From Phoronis australis (Eukaryota > Animalia > Phoronida), in the NCBI GenBank assembly GCA_002633005.1, contig NMRA01000368.1, positions 110,166 through 174,165 of the forward strand: a stretch of 64,000 nucleotides of DNA. Direction: 5' to 3'. The notes under the pieces are model-generated. The model saw nothing but the letters and a program-made list of their open reading frames with translations, did not search any database and was not told where the DNA came from. Positions within the stretch are counted from its first letter, which is position 1. Every line of letters begins with the position of its first letter. Both the position numbers and the translations under genes were made by a program. Of the stretch, positions 51,411 to 64,000 are shown piece by piece.

Positions 51411-51565
51411 GTGAGTGGATTGTGTTGGACAGAGAAGTGTCAAATCACTGGAAACACATCAACACATCAAATGATCATCTTGTGCAAACTAAGCTAGATT
51501 ATTGCATTATATCATGACCATAGTAATGACAAAGTCAGGTCGCTAACTGGGTTTCCGAGCTTGGT

Positions 51566-52300
51566 TTAAAGGAGAACGCCACCCAAAAAACAATCAATTT
51601 AGATCGAGTAGTTCTACTCAATCTAATGGCACGTTTGGTTGCGTTACCTGACACCTGACGGCAGACGGAGGTGTTGAAATTATCCAATGACGTAATTGGT
51701 TTCACACGCAGTCTGTTCAGCAGTTCACAACACGAGTCAGTGGTGTCAGCTTATTGCTTGAATTCAACGTTTAACACCAACTAATCATCAAACTTCGATG
51801 TAGAACTCTTAAAAATACGCAGAGTTCTTATAAAAACTTGTTGTTTTATTTCGCTGTTACGGATTTACTGGTATTTGGACACACCGTTGCCTTCAAAGTT
51901 CGGCAGTCCAATTTACAAGGTCTGTAGCAGGAGTTTGAAGTCTGTTCGGAGATAAATTCGAAGTATTCTTCTGTGAAATACAGACAGGAGAACCTAGATC
52001 TGTGTTCTAAACACACAAAACACTTGTTATCCCGGTCAGTGGCTCACAACCCAATCACTAGGCCCAGCGTCGCGGCCGGACTGACGTTATCCCGGCCAGT
52101 GGCTCGGAACCCGATCAGGCCCGTCCAGGCTGCTAGGACTGGCACGAACATAAACAAGCTTGAGTTTGAAACTAAACCTCCAGTCACAAAAAGACTATAA
52201 TTGTGAGCCAAAGAAATAATGTGCACGTAATTATTGATGTGAATTAGCCACGAAACTGAAAATCTACTTACTAGTGTCGGGGGCCGCGAAGTCGGGTTCC
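51566..52300. mobile_element. Possible truncated Kolobok-like element
   Basis: Starts TTAA-AGGAGAACGCCACCC; CpG-rich interior with a 60-bp diverged duplication at 52022-52125; no right TIR found, so the right boundary is approximate. Confidence 0.3.
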
Positions 52301-52711
52301 CCTTCCACATACAGCTTTGGTGTCTGAAAGTAACCTGCAACTACTGTCAGTTCCTAGACTAAATTACCTAAATCTTCTGATGATTAATGTCTATTCAGTC
52401 ATAAATGCTAGTTTTCTACCATTCAATATTTATTTTGAGCTCATCTTTGACTAATTGCACTGAGATAGTGCATGCTCCTCAGCTCCCTCAAATAAATCCT
52501 ATTTTGACTTACGCGAATAAAATATTTCGGTCCGCCGGGATTTAACCATTTTTATGTGAAAAGTTTAAACTAACCGCTCTTTTTTGTCTGAAACACATAA
52601 ACACAGGCCATAATAGTGTTGCCTTTTCAAACATCGTAAGTGGTTATTGTGAGCCTCCACAATGTGAATTTCTGAAGCACGACTATGTATTAGGAAACAT
52701 TACATTGGCAG

Positions 52712-53061
52712 GTCCTCAAGGTTTCAAAGGTGAACCTGGCACACCAGGCTTTGGTGGTGCACCTGGTGCTCCTGGAAACAAAGGTGATAGAGGTCTACCT
52801 GGATTCCCAGGCATACCTGGAATTAAGGGGGCTAAAGGCGACAATGGACCCAAAGGCGAGGTGGGACAGAAGGGAGAGATCGGTGTGGGACTGCCTGGCC
52901 CAATTGGTCCTCAGGGTGAGCCAGGTCAAGCAGTGGAGATCATGACGGACGGGTCAGTGTCTGTCGTTGAGGGACCGAAGGGACAGAAAGGGGACCAGGG
53001 ACCATATGGCCATACAGGAAGACCTGGGCTGCCTGGCATTAAGGGAATCAAAGGAGATGCG
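52712..53061 (+). CDS. COL15A1/COL18A1-like: Collagen Gly-X-Y exon with interruptions; phase 1-0
   Basis: cattggcag| ... |gtaaat; 350 nt; GPQGFKGEPG..GEIGVGLPG..GQAVEIMTDGSVSVVEGPKGQKG..GIKGDA. Confidence 0.93.
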
Positions 53062-53877
53062 GTAAATGTTTATATTTTGTGAGCGATACTTTTGTTGTAT
53101 GTAAGATTTACTGTGTTAAAAATCGGAGACAAGTTTTATATGTTAATTCATTTAATATATTTTCATGTATCATTGCAGTTTCTGCCACTCAATATTCCCT
53201 CATAGGAGTTGTGAGCTAGATTCTATGCGTCAAAAATGCTATATTTAAAGAAAACTTAAAAAGATGTGACTACTAGCTTTTTTGAAGAAGGCAAAACCAG
53301 AAAAAAAACTAATAATAGCCGGTCTTGATCTCTTGCAGCTTTTACTTTGCTCATAAATTTTACTGAATTTGGATACGGAAACTGTGTCAGTTAAAACTAA
53401 TGCACTGTTAGTTGGGTGGTAAGTTATAAACTTTGGTTTTGGAATGTACTTTATGATCAGGCTGAAGGTATTTTATTTTCATGAACAGTCATTTTTCTCT
53501 GACATGAATTGCAATTCGTACACAAGTTCAAAATTGTCTTGCACAATGTTTGCCATGTTTTTGAAGCTCAATAGCATGCGCATCGAGAGTGTAGATTATT
53601 AAGTCAACATCATTAACTTCATTTGACCTATTATTTATCATGTTCAACAAAAGAAGTATGCTTTTGAGTTTTATTAAAATTTGTTGGGTTCATCGAAATT
53701 ATTGGCAAAAATCCAGAAGGAAGCTGACAAAAAATAATTAACACGAAAACATTTGAACATTAATCGAAAAAATTTGCTTCAAAATTTCACAGATTTTCTG
53801 TGAGATGACATAATATCTTCAACTTCTTGTGAAACATACTTTATCAGAACACATTCACATGTCTTGTTCTTTATCAG

Positions 53878-54103
53878 GGTGATTCAATTATCGGGCCTCC
53901 TGGGCCCCCTGGCCTTCCTGGGAAGGTGCAGTATGTCAATGGTCCCATCTTCTCTGGTGACGACGTTGAGTCATCTGGCAATGGTGAGGCAGGCTTGGGA
54001 TTTGGTCCTCCTGGCCCAACTGGTTTACCTGGTCCTGCAGGCGTGCCAGGATTGGATGGTTTACCTGGTCCAAGGGGACCCCCTGGACCCCCAGGTTTGC
54101 CAG
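53878..54103 (+). CDS. COL15A1/COL18A1-like: Collagen exon with a Ser-Gly-containing non-collagenous interruption; phase 0-1
   Basis: ttgttctttatcag| ... |gtaggt; 226 nt; [52 protein letters not shown]. Confidence 0.92.
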
Positions 54104-54416
54104 GTAGGTTTGTTCAGGAGTCGTGCTAAGAATTGTATGATTTCACCTTGACTTACTCAAAATATAACTACTGCCTGCTGGTTTGGTAATTAACCCAGTT
54201 ATGTTGCACAAACAGCCAAATTAATAAGAAACTTAACATGGCAATATTGTACAAAATTTCTAAGTTGTAAAAGTGACAGTTTTTGTTTGCTTTTCTAAAT
54301 TTTAAAATATCACCACGACCGTGAACTTTTCACTAACTATTCCAATTTGTTTTTTTTAAAAAACTTTCAAAAAAAAACAAAAATTTAGCAATTAACACTG
54401 TTGTTGCTCCCCCCCC

Positions 54417-54498
54417 GTGTGTCTATGACTGATGGGTGTGTCTATGACTGATGGGTGTGTCTATGACTGATGGGTGTGTCTATGACTGATTGGGTGTG
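54417..54498. repeat. 19-bp tandem repeat, 4 copies
   Basis: GTGTGTCTATGACTGATGG. Confidence 0.9.
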
Positions 54499-54542
54499 GT
54501 TATCTAGATAACCATAGCATTAGCAGCCTAAGGTGATGTAAT

Positions 54543-56515
54543 TACCGTACTTGTCCATGTTACCGCTCTGGTCGCTTAAATTGGGAATCTAAAAAAACAG
54601 GGTGGCCAGTAAGCCGAGCATGGGTGGTTAAAATCAAAATTTTTGAAAAGTCAGGAGTTGTTGCTTACTGCACGGAGGACCGATTTTACCCGAACGGAGC
54701 TACACTGATGTGGGACTTCAAGAATGTCAGTTAAAATATAGGTTGGGGGATTGAAGTTACGGACTTCGACAGCCTGCGCACACGATACAGTGGCGTTGTG
54801 ATCCTTAGTGTGATTGGGTTTTTATGTACCTCCGTTGCTGCTGGTCAGCTCTTAGAACTAAAGGTATTCCTACAGGTAGGCGTGTGTAATTGTTTTCAAT
54901 ATGACGACATTGACCTACACACATGATTTTGGTATCATTCGATTCATCTTCATTCTTTCCAAAAATAATGAATGTATCCCCTACCGCGTTTTCTTCGTAT
55001 TTTATCGTCGAATTGCGGTTTGCACTATTTTCCTGTTGGCACCACCATGTTAGCTCAACTCAAGATTACTGCGACAGACGTTGTTAATGAATGAAACAGC
55101 ATCATGGATTCTGAATGGGTTTTCCAGGCCAGATTCCCACTGAAGTTTTCATGACACAATATGGAGGAACAGGTAGCAGCATTTCACCTTTTCTAATGTT
55201 TTTATAATAATGACCATTCGACCATTTTTCCACCAAATTGTTTGAAATGATACCCTTTTCACCAATTTGGACCTCAAAAACAACCTCCGCTTTTTTGCGG
55301 ATTCTTGCCCGCAGCTAGATGCGAACCAGGGTCACCATAGGAACGAATTCGAACCCTTGGAAACGTAACTCAGGCAGGGGATAGACGGGTCTTGGTCAAT
55401 TTGACCTTCGACGATCTGCAGAAGTGACAGTAGATTAGTTCAGTTTTTGACTGCCAGGTGACTCCTTCCATTCAACATAGCAGTATTACTACCGCGTACC
55501 GGGAAATAGTGAGAGCAGAAATTTCATACTGAGTGAACGTGTAGGAAAAATTTCTGTGTATTTTTGAAAAGATAACGTTGCAAAGAATTGAACGATACCA
55601 AAATCATGTGTAAGGTTATGTCGTCACATTGTAAACAATTACCCAGGCGTGTGTTCAGTAGGGCAAGTTTCTTGAGAAAAAAGACAGATGAAGCAAGACT
55701 CCGCTAGTTCGTGGTATATTTTTAAGGGAAGCACTTGATTGTGTAAAGATTTGATGGACACCGAGGCAACCAAGCATGTGCTAATGATTGACAGGTCATC
55801 TTCAGTACTGAATACTTTGAACTTAGTTAGGAAACAAAGAAAGTGCTAATGATTGACAGGTCTTCTTATTGAATACTTTGAACAAACTATTTATATACAT
55901 TGTATATTTCTTTTCGAGTTCAAAGCCAACACCGCTGTCGTTCAAAGCACGTGCTTAACAATCCGAGAATACTACTGTTAGGCAATAGAGGGTATACTCG
56001 GTCAGCTGCTGAAATAGTGAAGCAAAAACACATCTTGTAAAAAGTCATCAGGCAAATCAAAAGTTCAAAAGAAAACAAGTTTTTGACCAAATAGAACATG
56101 GACAGAATGTTCGACTTGTTCTAATGACAAGTTGGGCGCTTCCATTTTGGTGTCAGGAGTGAAAGTCATTAAAAACATGCATTTAACCAATACGGGAACA
56201 GCGACACTAGTTGGCTTGTCAAATGGACCATGTCTTCTTATTTCAATGCTCAGGTTGGTTATGTTTCATGTACTGTCACGGGGAATCACAGAAAGGTTGT
56301 CCACGGAGGTGATATCCCTGTCAAGTACTATACTGAAATACATTCAACAAGCACTGTCTCGGTGATTAGTACATGCCAACATGAGTTGTGCGTGTGAGCC
56401 AAAGGAAGGCTCGATCATGAAAAATTGGGGTGGGCAGTAAGCCGAGCATGGGCGTTTAAATTTTCGGGAATGGGCGGTAAGCGGAGCATGGGCCGTAACC
56501 CGGATGAGTACAGTA
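54543..56515. mobile_element. Non-autonomous Tc1/mariner-like element with a nested insertion
   Basis: TA-CCGTACTTGTCC.. / ..CGGATGAGTACAG-TA termini; subterminal GTAAGCCGAGCATGGG repeats at both ends; no transposase ORF. Confidence 0.6.
54884..55644. mobile_element. Nested MITE with ~60-bp TIRs
   Basis: TAATTGTTTTCAATATGACGAC..CACATGATTTTGGTATC versus GATACCAAAATCATGTG..GTCGTCACATTGTAAACAATTA; AGGCGT direct repeat on both flanks. Confidence 0.7.
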
Positions 56516-56655
56516 ACTACAATTACTGCATGGTGTCTTTGGATCATTGCGGTAGATTTTGAGGTAATATGCAAACCATGCAAACCGATTAAGTTGCCCA
56601 ATCGTGTCTCATTTGTCAACGTAGGATTCTTGTCATGGTCACGAACGATATGGTT

Positions 56656-59625
56656 GTTCAATGTGACACCTATTGAAGCACCTCCTGGTGGTGGGATGTC
56701 ACACTATGAGAATAAGCTAAAAATGCAGTTATAGTTGTCTGAAAACAAAGAAGTGATTCTGGAACAGCACATCCAATAAAAGTTATTTCATTCCTTCCAT
56801 CATGGCATTTCAAGCTATGGTAGAATCAGACCAAATTAGGGCACAATGTGGCCTACAAAAGAAATTTTATTTTCTAATTTTATCCAGGTGAAAGATACTT
56901 AGTACAGAATAAATAGTTTCCCATGTTGAAGTTGTGTTCCGTAACTACCATCAGACAAAATGTTTTGAAAAATTGTGAGCATATGCAATGTTGTTTGAAG
57001 CTGTTGAAAATGAGAACAATTTTAGTAATCATTGTTGTCGGAACAAGGTGGGATTTTACCATGAATAGTCGCACCAGCTATATAGCTATGCAGTTTAAGA
57101 GTATCAATTAGTGGCACTGATGTCTTATTTCAAATGCATTGTGGGATGGTTGTCAGCTTGTTAACATCCGGTGATATCATGGATAACTTAGGTGACATGT
57201 AAACAATTTATTAAAACAACACTGTAACTTGAGCGTAATTGTCAATACGGGTAGACTGTAAATAGCCAGCCAGCTAGCTGTATTCACCTCTTTCACGAAC
57301 GCGGGGCGCTGCTGTCGTGTTGATCGAAAACGAGGCGCCTTGACAAACATGGCATCGTCCTGCAAGGTGGTGTGGTCAAAAGACTTATCAACGTTACCAA
57401 AATCAAGTTGTCTGATGTTGAATCGATCTCCAAAAAACATACCAATACTTACGGCAACTAGACTTTTACCCTCCTCAGCCATTCCTTAGTAGTTTTCCCT
57501 CTTTTGAAAAAGTGTGGAAGTCAGGGATATACCCAGGCTTTTAGTCTTGAAAAACCCTGCTCGCCAGCTGGGCGAGTGCCGGAGCCAGAAAATCTACTCG
57601 CCAAGCTCGAAGTTCGGTCACCCGGCCGTTGGCGCCAGTCACCACAAACTTGCTGCTAATTTAAATAAAAATCATCGTTTCGTGCACTGATGTCACCATC
57701 TATTAGGGCTACCGTATTCGCTCTAATAAGCGCCCAGGGGGACTCTTTTTGTCAGTAGCCTACGTCAGTTAAAACCTGGTCTCCGAAACGGGTGAAATCG
57801 GAAGCTAGGATTCATCAAATTTACGCGCTGTGACGTATGTGTAACCTATGACAGACTAGCTACAAAACTGTGGTGCATTGCTATCAAACTCTGTTTTTAA
57901 ATTACGATCTTTTTAAAAAAATGTGCTGAAATCCCAGGGTGAAAACTTGCCGACTCAGTGATGCGTCGCTGCTTCGCGATCGTCGATGGGACAACTTGAA
58001 TTCTTGAGTAAAAATAGTTTCGACTCAAATTACCTGAAATCCTCCCAAATAGCCTTTCTTAAGATTCTTAAGTTCCTGTGGACTCGGAGTCGGGATTAAC
58101 CGCAGATTAAGTCAAAATCTGCGCTAGATCGCACCCCGCAACGAGAAAAATCTGGACGAACACTTATGTTGTTGTGACGTGCGTTTGTATTGAAGTGAAT
58201 CAGCTGGTGTGCACCGAGTGAGCGAGCGCGTGCGTGTCATCAGTGTTCATTTGCCAGAGTAGCAGGCCCAATGAACTGTATAATGTAGTATATTTATCTC
58301 ATTGAGCAGGCCCACATGTTATATGTGGGCCCTAGTGCGCGCTTCTTGGCCAAGTTTCGATTCGCGGTTTTTATAATTTTTCGTGTACAAAACAATCTGG
58401 ATTCCTGTTGTGGGAGAAGATCTGTACGGGAAAGATACAATACCAATCCCGTTGACCTGAGTACGCTGCGTCTGTTCTGATCAGGGCCAGACCATGTAGT
58501 GTGACACTTTCCTCCGCGCAAGATCAGCAAATCTCAGTTTTGCGTTCTTTTTGAAGCACTGCGGAATGGTTTGAAGTGTACAGCCACGGCTAAATACCGA
58601 CATAGCGGCGAGGCTCGTGGTCTACTAGAAATTACGCGCACAATGATTTTTCAGAACTGTCGGATATTATTGATAAATTGAATACATTTACTGTAGAATT
58701 TTAGAACTGTGAGGTAAGACACTTTTCGCATTGATATATACACATTCATGGACTGGGCGCTTATTTTAGCGAAGTCTGAAAACGAGTGGGGACGCTTATA
58801 GGGGCATGGGCGCTTATTAGGACGAATGTTATAAAAATAATTTTGGCTAAAATGACATTGTACATTACAATAAGAAATCAGTTCCAAGAAATATGGTATT
58901 TTATTTGCTATGAGCACATGGACCGGTCTTCCACCTTTCTCCCCTTTTCTTCGTTTCGGACTAGTCCACAAATTCTTTGTGCACGACCACNGTTCAAAAT
59001 TGTGACACCTATTGAAGCACCTCCTGGTGGTGGGATGTAACACTATGAGAATAAGCTAAAAATGCAGTTATAGTTGTCTGAAAACAAAGAAGTGATTCTG
59101 GAACAGCACATCCAATAAAAGTTATTTCATTCCTTCCATCATGACATTTCAAGCTATGGTAGAATCAGACCAGTTTAGGGCACAATGTGGCCTACAAAAG
59201 AAATTTTATTTTCTCATTTTTTCCAGGTGAAAGATACTTAGTACAGAATAAATAGTTTCCCATGTTGAAGTTGTGTTCCGTAACTACCATCAGACAAAAT
59301 GTTTTGAAAAATTGTGAGCATATGCAATGTTGTTTGAAGCTGTTGAAAATGAGAACAATTTTAGTAATCATTGTTTTCGGAACAAAGTGGGATTTTACCG
59401 TGAATACTCGCACCAGAATATAGCTATGCAGTTTAAGAGTATCAATTAGTGGCACTGTTGTCTTATTTCAAATGCATTGTGGGATGGTTGTGAGCTTGTT
59501 AACATCCGGTGATATCATGAATAACTTGGGTGACATGTAAACAATTAAAGAAAACAACACTGTAACTTGAGCGCAACATAATTGCCAATACGGGTAGACT
59601 GTAAATAGCCAGCCAGCTAGCTGTA
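56656..59625. repeat. ~630-bp duplication (56656-57282 and 58992-59625) beside N at 58991
   Basis: Highly similar copies with scattered SNPs; both diverge after GCTAGCTGTA. Confidence 0.85.
57710..58833. mobile_element. Non-autonomous Tc1/mariner(pogo)-like element
   Basis: TACCGTATTCGCTCTAATAAGCGCCC versus GGGCGCTTATTAGGACGAATGTTATA; subterminal GGGCGCTTAT repeats. Confidence 0.6.
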
Positions 59626-61264
59626 TGAAGACTGTCGTCAAAATACAGCTAGGTACCACTGTGTGTACTTCTTCCATAGATCCCGAAATTGCACACAGCC
59701 AGGGTAGTTCTGCTTGTCACCTCGCCGTGAAACTTGTATCAACATGTAACGCTAAACACTGGATGGGGTGTATGCAAAATCTGGGAATCAACCGATACTC
59801 ACCTTGCCTGTTACAGCCATTTAAGTGAAAAACAATGCAATAAAAGTCATTTTAGTGCGCAACTCTCCGCTTTTTCTAACAATGAAAAGTATGTCGTCGT
59901 TTTGAAAACAGTACGCTCGGCGTGTCACGCGCACGTGTCATTTCCTAAATTTTTGCGACATCTCTCAGAAGATGGTGATATCTGGGCAGCAGCAAAATTT
60001 CTTCTGAAATTCTGTTTTTCGGTATCAAAATTCTAAAAACTTATAATGAAGTGAAACCAGTTCCGATAATTTGTTGTGACGTATACGCAACCTTGTGAAA
60101 GAACAACAATTGATTGAAGAATTGAGGAAAAATAAACTGGCCAATAGGTGACACAATATTTCATGGTGCCAAAAGCCGTTGCTAAAGATCACTCCACAAC
60201 TTAAGCAACAGAATAATGGTAGAACGCCATTTTTTCCAACACCGTTAAATAATTTAGTTTTTATCTTACCACTTTTTTACCTACATTGGTGGAAAGTATA
60301 CCAAGGCTAGACTCAGTAACATGCTTTTTGGTGCGAGTGCGATCAACCATCATACACAAATAAAAGCCTGAATATGAGCCCCAACACGCATCAAATTAAT
60401 ACATTATCTTGTAATTATTTTTTTGCATGAAAGATTCTCGAGGCACACAGAAATAAATCTCACTACCAAAAACGCGGATTATTAATCGGGTTACGCATTC
60501 ACCGTGTGTTCAGGAGCTGACAACAGACCCACAATGCATTGGAAAAATGACAGCAGCACGGTAGATGAAACACTCCTACACAGCATAATGATCAGGCAGT
60601 GTCTCTGAAAGTGATTGCTTGTAACTTTAATAACTTCAATGTCGAGTGTTCATTTTGTGATGTCACCCGAGGCATAAAAAAGTAATCCTGTTCCTGTGAA
60701 ATGGCTAATCAGATTCACGTGAAACTTGCAGATACTATTCATCATGTGTATTTATCCTGAAAATGGTGCTGGCAACTGTCTTCAAAATCTTCCACTTTTG
60801 TGTGAGTGGCTACCAAAAATAGGACTTAATGATCTTCATGAAAAAATTAAAGTTATTAAATTGAAAATGAAATGATGATTTAGAAAACTGTAACAGTGTT
60901 TTTGAAATTTCGTCTTGAACATCACATCAAGCAATATTTGGTCTGGTAAATTTCATACCATTGTTTTACTATGAATGTTCCTTTCTATTTTGCTAAATTT
61001 TACTAAAAACACATGGTCAGGTGACCTATTTAATGATCGATTTGCAAAGAGTCAAAAATCAAATTTTGCAGACTTTCTGCTCTCACAAAACATAATACTT
61101 TTACTGGGTTAAAATATATGTAATAGTTTTGTAAATATACGACTAAATACACATTGTCAATTGTTGATAAGGTCTTACATAACGTTAAAATGTAAACAGA
61201 TTTATGAGAAAAAACGATGAGCGAGACTCTCTACACTATTACATTTGATTTGTGTCCCATACAG

Positions 61265-61356
61265 GTAATGCTACAGCGGTGAAAGGTGAGCCTGGCCCTG
61301 TCGGTTTACCTGGATATCAGGGTGAACCTGGACTACCTGGTTCTCCTGGACTTCCT
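61265..61356 (+). CDS. COL15A1/COL18A1-like: Collagen exon ([31 protein letters not shown]); phase 1-0
   Basis: gtcccatacag| ... |gtaagt; 92 nt; phase matches the preceding exon. Not in the ORF track. Confidence 0.9.
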
Positions 61357-62022
61357 GTAAGTAATTTGAACTATTTAAGTACCCTTTAGCACTAGACATC
61401 CACTTTATCACCTCATTATCTACTTCCTTGAGTGTTTGCTATCAGGGCTGAAAATTGTCGAAAAGAAGAATTTGGAGGATGGCCGATAGGTTTTCAGTAA
61501 AAACTTTAAATGCAGCTATACCTTAAAGAGACATTGATTTGCACAAAAAATAACGGCAAAATACCGTGTTTTTGTGATTTTAGAAGAATTCCCCATTTTG
61601 GCCAATGTGCTGATATCAAGGCTGTTGACTTCACCTGTGAAACACTGAAAATACTCCGCTGTTTATCTAATGGAATTTAGCTCCAGCAGCAGTGTCTGCA
61701 ACCATAAGGGTTTTGTGCTCAATTCCGTGATTAAGCTGATTTCAGAAAACTACTACGATGTTGTCTCTTAAGTCCAATCTGTCCTTTGTAGGACTTGAAA
61801 ATTCTTGAAATTCAAAATATGTGCAAAATAAGAAAAAGGTCATTGACACTCATTTTTTTCGTGGTGTACACCTGGGTCATCTGACAAAATTAGTTTCGTG
61901 GAGATAGGAAGTGTTTTTTCAAAATTGTATTTCAGATGTATTGTCAATTTAATGTTTTTTTGTAAACTGAGTTTATAGGGATTTATGGTTGCGTGAATTT
62001 TGATGGTCTTCTTGTTCTCCAG

Positions 62023-62085
62023 GGCCTCACTGGTCGTCAGGGGGAGAGAGGGGAGAAGGGAGACCGCGGATTCAAAGGAGAAATT
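62023..62085 (+). CDS. COL15A1/COL18A1-like: Collagen exon (GLTGRQGERGEKGDRGFKGEI); phase 0-0; gene continues beyond the window
   Basis: cttcttgttctccag| ... |gtgagt; 63 nt = 7 Gly-X-Y triplets. Confidence 0.9.
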
Positions 62086-63194
62086 GTGAGTTGCCTACTG
62101 GAACAGCTGGTTTTAACTACAAATATTTCTTCAATCATGAATGTTCAAATCTAATGTTTTGCATGGATGTCTTTACTTACATTCTGCTTTCATTTTAAGT
62201 CATAATCATTGATCAGTTTCTGATAGGAATCATAGACCTTGGTAGATAGTACTCTTATTTTGCAAATTAGAAAATGAATTGAAATATGTTGCAGAATTCC
62301 ATGAACAGAATCAGATTCCCTTAATTCCGTCTAGTTTCTGTTACCGTGGAAAATCAGAGTCTCCGCCATTGGTAAATAACTCTGTATGACTGAAGTTATT
62401 TTAGGAAATAACTCTAAAATATCAAATGCCACAGTTTCATGTTGCATATTAAGCAGTTTTAAATGGCATAGTTTGTAACATGTTTTCAGCTCGTTTTCAG
62501 AACTTTGGGGTATCCTGGCTAAATTAGCAAAAAAGCAAGGTTTTTGTCTTGAAATATTAGTTTTCCTTGTGACAGTGCAAAGCAATCAAGTCATTTGTCT
62601 TCAAAGTTGTTAACTGATTTGATGGAACTCAGGGAGTGTTCACAATAACCCCACAGTGTACAAAACATACTGTTTTTACAAGGGAGGTGAAAGCATCTTT
62701 CCGTTATATGCTTTTGACGTCTGTCCATGCTCTTAAAGGAGACTGGCAGAGTTGAAAACTTCCTTCACGAAGAACCGTAACGGGGTTCTCGGGCTTAAGC
62801 TCAGGTGTTTTGTGCAATGGGCCAACCATGAATGAGGCCTGCGCACGTTTGATGCACCGCAAATGACATCAGGCCACCTGCACTCTGCTGTTTTCTTTCT
62901 TTGTTTTTTTGACTTAATAAAAATGGCGACGGGAAAGGTAAATTGGAACGCTTCCATTTTTGCTTTTTCACATTATTAAGGTATGGCAAAGAACCAAGAG
63001 ATTGAATATTGCCATGATTCATTGATGGGAACTTACGTACATGTAGTGTCTGACATTCACATAATTACATACTGGGCTTATGTAAATCTTGATCTGTGAT
63101 AAGTATCAACATTTGGCAATATCAATAATAGTGTGGATGTCATATGCTCGTGAAGTGTTGAGAATTACGGTATGAACATTTCCAAACTTTGGTA

Positions 63195-64000
63195 TTTTTA
63201 TGCGCCCAGATATTTATTTGTGGGTGCCTATTGGCATCGTCTTTGTCTGTCTGTGCGTCCAGCGTCCTCAGGTGTATCTTCAAAGGTCCTCAGCGGATTT
63301 TCATTAAATTTGGCAGTTAGGTATATATTAATGAGATGATGCTATCCTTCCGTTTTTGGACGGATTTGAGGTACTTTGCGCCACCTAGAGGCCATTATTA
63401 CTGTTTCGAAGTCTGATTTTTGACGTCCGCCCTTCTATCAACTAAACTGCTGTAGGGATGATTTTGAAAATTGACATAAAATATGTTCTTACTGTTAAGA
63501 GGGCGGCTGGCTATGATTTTCCGACAACTTCAACTACTGTGGCGCCTCTTAGTGGCAGTTTTTTTGTTTTTGCACCCATGGCTGTATCTCCTAAACGCTA
63601 TACAGGAATTTTGCTGGTGTATTTATTTGAAGTTGACTACACAGGACGACTACTTTCGGACGTGTGCCCCCTAGTGGCAATGTCATTTTTTACATTTAGA
63701 TCTGTATGTTTAAAGGTTGTCTGTGGATTTTCATGAAATTTAGCAAATAAACATCTATTTGTGAGTTGGCGTTATCCTTTGGTTTTGGTTTAATTCGGGG
63801 CATTTTGCGTCACCTATTGGCCATTTTTATTGGGTTTTTTTTCTCTTTTTTTTGGCATCTGCCCCTCTGTCAACCAAACCACTCTAAGGATGATTGTGGA
63901 AAATGGCATGCAAGTTCCTAATGTGAAGATCAGGGCTGATGATGATTTAGCCACAAACTTGACAGCTGTGGTGCCTCCTTATGGCAGTATTTTTACGCCC
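63195..64000 (+). mobile_element. Helentron/HINE-like repeat, copy 3 (runs off the window)
   Basis: TTTTTATGCGCCC..GGGTGCCT hairpin, GTCTGTCTGTGCGTCC tract, ~429-bp higher-order internal repeat. Confidence 0.55.

Noticed and set aside
52730-54151. ORFs 52730..52945 and 53864..54151
   Set aside because: Alternative-frame shadows of the collagen exons.

Overview
AT-rich, intron-dominated eukaryotic DNA, probably a marine invertebrate (inferred from gene type and repeat landscape). The only gene I can support is on the + strand and was assembled by hand from GT-AG exons at 32652-62085. It is a multiplexin-type (collagen XV/XVIII-like) basement-membrane collagen. The deduced order is: Ig domain (resembling the first Ig of PTK7/Off-track) - thyroglobulin type-1 (thyropin-type) domain - TSPN/LamG domain - several small phase 0-0 acidic/basic linker exons - Ser-Gly GAG sites - repeatedly interrupted Gly-X-Y. 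Exon phases are compatible throughout. No signal-peptide exon was found upstream of the Ig exon, and the C-terminal trimerization/endostatin region would lie beyond the window. Positions 1-32.6 kb appear to be intron or intergenic. They, and the introns, hold many non-autonomous DNA transposons (PIF/Harbinger-, Tc1/mariner-, hAT-, Transib- and Helentron-like), minisatellites, a decayed reverse-transcriptase fragment, and three duplications next to single-N gaps that are probably assembly or haplotype artefacts. Nearly all other listed ORFs look spurious.
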